DNA of 60,579 bases, counting the filler, from Globobulimina sp. (taxonomy: Eukaryota), in assembly GCA_003354225.1 (NCBI GenBank). It is 14 parts of 14 records of this genome, joined end to end, with 100 filler letters (N's around TTAATTAATTAA, not from the genome) between each part and the next. Parts side by side here need not be neighbours in the genome. Positions count along the whole stretch, not along the records: positions 56,351 to 60,579 come from PIVH01001441.1; 13 more parts are not named here. The stretch is one strand, 5' to 3'. The position numbers were made by a program, and so were the translations under genes. Below the pieces are notes generated by a model. The model made no database searches. It was not told where the DNA came from and saw only the letters and a list, made by a program, of their open reading frames with translations. Each line of letters begins with the position of its first letter. The first letter of the stretch is position 1. Shown piece after piece: positions 56,990 through 60,579 of the stretch.

Positions 56990-58097
56990 ATGTTAACTTC
57001 TGCTGCGAAAAGAAAATTAACCTCACTCCGACATCCTCAACAAAGTCTTCGTTATAAAGCAACCATTGTACACCCCATAGATATTGAACAAACTGAGATA
57101 TCATTTAAACCATTCCAGCCAATTGATGAATGGTTGTCAACTAAACCAATAAAAGCATGGATACAACAATACAACCAAGTCGGTTATCTTATTATTCCCA
57201 ATATCATTGATCCTGACAATCTACCTATTTATCAACAAATGGTATGTTTATTATTTCTGCGGTAACAAAAACATGTACAACGTGCTATAAACAACTTATA
57301 TGCATAGTATGATGACTTCTTATCCAACAAAATCGATGCAGGGCGACATCGACATGATTTAGGAAGCTGTGAGGAAAGACACAATGCAGAAATAGAAAAC
57401 ATAACACAAATCATGTGGCCTACGCGTTATGTATGCAATCTTCAACAAGGACCATTTCATTCTCGTGCTTTAATTGTATCAAAATTGCTGCTTGGATATG
57501 ATTCTGCATTTGATTTTGATATGATGTTATACAAAGCATCCAATATTCCAACAGCTACGCCATGGCATCAGGATGCTGCTTATTGGCCTGCCATGCCAGA
57601 TGCGCGCAGTGCAACTTTTTGGTGTCCAATGGATGATGTTGAGGTTGAAAGTGGTACATTATGGTATCATCCGTATGGATTGGAACGAGCACGGACAGAA
57701 ACAAAGTTGTTCAAACATGAAGCCGCTGCAAAGGGATGTCATGTGTTGAAGATAAATGATAATGAATTTAGCAAAGAAATGGAGAGAAAATGTGATGGCG
57801 TTGGAATTGCTTGTCCAATCCCGGCTGGTTCAGTTAGTTAAAATTTAATTATATATATTGTATGTATTCATATACAATATCTGTTATATGGGTTGAAAGT
57901 GTACAGTTCATCATGGATATACACCGCATTTTGCAGGTGGGAATAATTCAAATAAACAGAGACGTGCATTTGTTGCGAGCTGCAGACCTGAATCAATGGT
58001 GCAATTTGAAAGAGAGCAAGGGTTTGATCATGGATATGATGGAGTGGATAATGTATTGTTGACAAATCAGCTATCTCGATCAAATTATAAATTATAA
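56990..58097 (+). CDS. Phytanoyl-CoA dioxygenase (PhyH) family Fe/2OG enzyme (introns 57242-57307, 57833-57899)
   Basis: GYLIIPNI, TPWHQDAAYWP, TFWCPMDD..SGTL and AGSCTVHHGYTPHFAGGN..RRA; basic presequence-like N-terminus. Confidence 0.92.
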
Positions 58098-58240
58098 TCC
58101 AGATCTCAAGTAGTTTGACACTGCTTGTGTGTACATGTATATTTATGCACTGTGTTACTTTTAAGTTCTTCCATTCTTTTTGTAAATTCTTCTGGTTTAA
58201 AAAGTAAAATAACAACGCGTCTCAATGACATGATTTACAT

Positions 58241-59047
58241 CTATAATTTTGAATTTTTTGCGTTGAACGCTGCGAAAAATTGAGCAATTTCTCGTTTTCT
58301 TTGTTGATACTTTTTATATTTTAAATCAAACATTTTTGAATGAATATAGTTATGGTTTGGTAATGACCGCATTCGTTTAATCCAGTTAGAAATATTTGGA
58401 AATTGTTCATCAATAAAATTATCATTCAATTTGTGTACGTTTTCATTCATTAAGTCCCAAATATAAATTTGCACAATTTCTTCATAACAAAAAATATCTG
58501 CGATGGATAGTAAATTATCCACAATGAATAATTGCGAGGTTCCTAAAATTTTATCATTTAATATTTTCATTGCATTGTATGCAATTTTTCTTTTTTGTAA
58601 TAAATTATCATTTTTTATAAATCCATCCAAAGATTTTTTAACCATTAAAATTGGCGCCAAATATCCAAATGATAACATTCGTGTATTCCCATGATGCCAA
58701 TGCAAATATTCATCAATCTTTGCCCTTCTTTTCAAATTAAAATTATTCGATGGATACAATGAATTCCATTTGAATTTTGTGCATAAATATTGCATAATTG
58801 CTGCACCTTCAAATAATATTAAACCGTTTGTATCTTTAATCGCCGGTATTTTCCCATCAAATCGAATATTTTTGAAATAGTAATCATCATTTTTTCTGTA
58901 TTTGGTAGGAATATAAGGATTAATAACCACCAAATCATAATCACTAAATTCTTTCATTGAACACAGCCACATTATGGATCGCGTGGGATGACTGATTGGC
59001 ATTCCATACAGTTTTAATTTTGTTTTTGTTTCCATTAAATGTGGCAT
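58241..59047 (-). CDS. Glutathione S-transferase, theta class, with PTS1 (SKL)
   Basis: SHPTRSI, GKIPAIKD..LFEGAAIMQYL, RAKIDEYLHWHH and LSIADI; ends SKL. Confidence 0.92.
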   Translation of the reverse strand: MPHLMETKTKLKLYGMPISHPTRSIMWLCSMKEFSDYDLVVINPYIPTKYRKNDDYYFKNIRFDGKIPAIKDTNGLILFEGAAIMQYLCTKFKWNSLYPSNNFNLKRRAKIDEYLHWHHGNTRMLSFGYLAPILMVKKSLDGFIKNDNLLQKRKIAYNAMKILNDKILGTSQLFIVDNLLSIADIFCYEEIVQIYIWDLMNENVHKLNDNFIDEQFPNISNWIKRMRSLPNHNYIHSKMFDLKYKKYQQRKREIAQFFAAFNAKNSKL

Positions 59048-59154
59048 CCAACAAGTTTTTGATTCTAAAAACTGTTTTTTTTTTCAGTTCGACTGAATAA
59101 TAACTTCTTTTGTTTGCCTTTGCAACGTGTAAAAGGTGATTACTAAATACAATA

Positions 59155-59957
59155 ATGTCAAACTATAATTTTGGTCTCACCACATTCGATCAATCCGGTA
59201 AATTGACCCAACTCGACAACTCATTGAAGGCAGTCTCAAATGGAGATACATCCCTCGGTAAATAAATATTTTTGCATTAAAATGAAATACGCATTATCGC
59301 AAATCTTACCATTAATAAAACAAAACAAACACAAAAATAGGCATTCGTGCTAAAAATGGTGTGGTCATAGCAACGGAAAAGAAGCCACATTCGCCATTGG
59401 TAGATGCAAGTGATTGGAATAAAGTGTATAAAATCTCGGATAGCATAGGATGTGTCTATAGTGGCATTGGTGCCGATGCGCGTTTATTAGTTCGCAAAGC
59501 CAGAAAAGAAGCAGAAGTATATAAGCGAGGCTATAATGAGTCCATTGGCACCAATTTATGTGCAAAGAAATTAGGTGGCATCGCGCAAGAATTTACACAA
59601 TCGGGCGGTGTGCGGCCATTTGGTGTCAGTCTATTAATTGGTGGCTACGATAAGCAACGGGGCTGCCAGTTATATCAAGTGGACCCAACGGGAGCTTGGT
59701 GGTGTTGGAAAGCCTCCGCAATTGGAAAGAATCAGACCAATGCCAAACATTTTTTGGAGAAAAGATACAACGATGACATGGAGTTAGAGGATGCCATCCA
59801 TGTGGCTTTGTTGACTATAAAAGAGGGATTCGATGGCGATGTGACTGCGAAAAATATACAATTAGGGGTTGTGCGGTTAAATAAAAAAAAACAGAAATAT
59901 CAATTTGATGTATTAAACACGGAGGAAGTGCAAGACTATCTCGATCAAATCAGCTAA
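59155..59957 (+). CDS. PSMA2: 20S proteasome subunit alpha-2 (intron 59258-59340)
   Basis: LTTF..SGKL, GVVIATEKK, QEFTQSGGVRPFGVSLL, WKASAIGKN and FLEKRYNDDMELEDAIHVALLTIKEGF. Confidence 0.95.
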
Positions 59958-60226
59958 CAATATATGACAATTGTTTTGCAATTTTATTTTTGATTTTTGA
60001 CCTTTTTGCAAGTGCCCAATTTGAATTTGAAAGTGTTTGCAAAATTAATCAACACATAAAAAAACATGTTTTCCCGAGAAACTGTGTGAATGTCCGTCGA
60101 CACTTTTTTCTGAATAAAAAGATTTTTTTAGCAGTTTTTGCAGACTAAATATAGACTGTATTGCATAAACTATCTTGTACACACTACACACTGATACATA
60201 AAAATACATATTACAGCGCATAAAAA

Positions 60227-60579
60227 ATGGCATATGCTCCGCACCATGAAAACCTTCCATCATATGGCGGTAACGGCGGCGGTGGTCATTCACGGCAACC
60301 GTCCATAGCCACATTATCTGAGCAATTAGAATTAAATTTATCGCTGCGGAACATACCGAAAATGGATTTATTGTCGCCGTCAGATCCATTTATTATCGTA
60401 AAAATGAAGGATGAAGTACAAAACCGATGGAATGTTGTGGGTAAAACAGATATAATTTGGGACAATCCCAATCCAGATTTCTCGAAAGATATTCGTGTCA
60501 ATTATCTGTTTGAACAAATACAGACCATTCGCCTTGATATTTGGGACGCAAATCAACAGCAAACAAAAGATTTATCAAA
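60227..60579 (+). CDS. Copine, N-terminal C2A domain (3' truncated; missing from the ORF track)
   Basis: MAYAPHH..LELNLSLRNIPKMDLLSPSDPF..GKTDIIWDNPNPDFSK..YLFEQIQTIRLDIWD. Confidence 0.92.
   Translation, partial: MAYAPHHENLPSYGGNGGGGHSRQPSIATLSEQLELNLSLRNIPKMDLLSPSDPFIIVKMKDEVQNRWNVVGKTDIIWDNPNPDFSKDIRVNYLFEQIQTIRLDIWDANQQQTKDLS

Noticed and set aside
60045-60562. Three minus-strand ORFs at the window end
   Set aside because: They are shadows of the plus-strand copine gene starting at 60227.
1-60579. Alternative genetic code or stop-codon readthrough explaining split ORFs
   Set aside because: Most splits are resolved by GT-AG introns and the rest are frame changes. TAA, TAG and TGA all end genes.

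Overview
This window is not one locus. It is 14 unrelated contigs of about 4.23 kb each, in descending length order from 4240 to 4229 bp, joined by 13 artificial 100-bp N/TTAATTAATTAA spacers. Adjacency across a spacer therefore means nothing. The DNA is AT-rich, gene-dense and eukaryotic. It uses the standard genetic code, has GT-AG introns of mostly 56-83 nt and has very short intergenic gaps. The protein families suggest a rhizarian, probably a foraminiferan (inference). One contig begins with a clearly bacterial Cache-domain fragment. Recognisable genes include Rei1/ZNF622, two MATE transporters, mTERF, an M28 carboxypeptidase, a subtilisin, phospholipase B, a CLK/LAMMER kinase, NXT1, ARPC2, GT61, a cold-shock protein, PhyH, GST-theta, PSMA2 and copine. 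The most interesting observations are: (1) a spliced ~1156-aa protein fusing a zinc knuckle, FMRP-like tandem Agenet and KH-like domains, and a Schlafen AlbA_2 domain; (2) two classes of 5' splice site, with about 40% of donors fitting a +1-shifted U1 register (CA|GTTNNGT); (3) a degenerate type I hammerhead-ribozyme motif downstream of an ORF ending in a Penelope-like motif; (4) a mitochondria-targeted, SIS-only GlmS pseudoenzyme; (5) a BPI/LBP-domain multipass membrane protein; (6) several MITE-like inverted-repeat elements; and (7) recurrent single-base frameshifts. All calls come from reading the sequence by eye; no searches were run.
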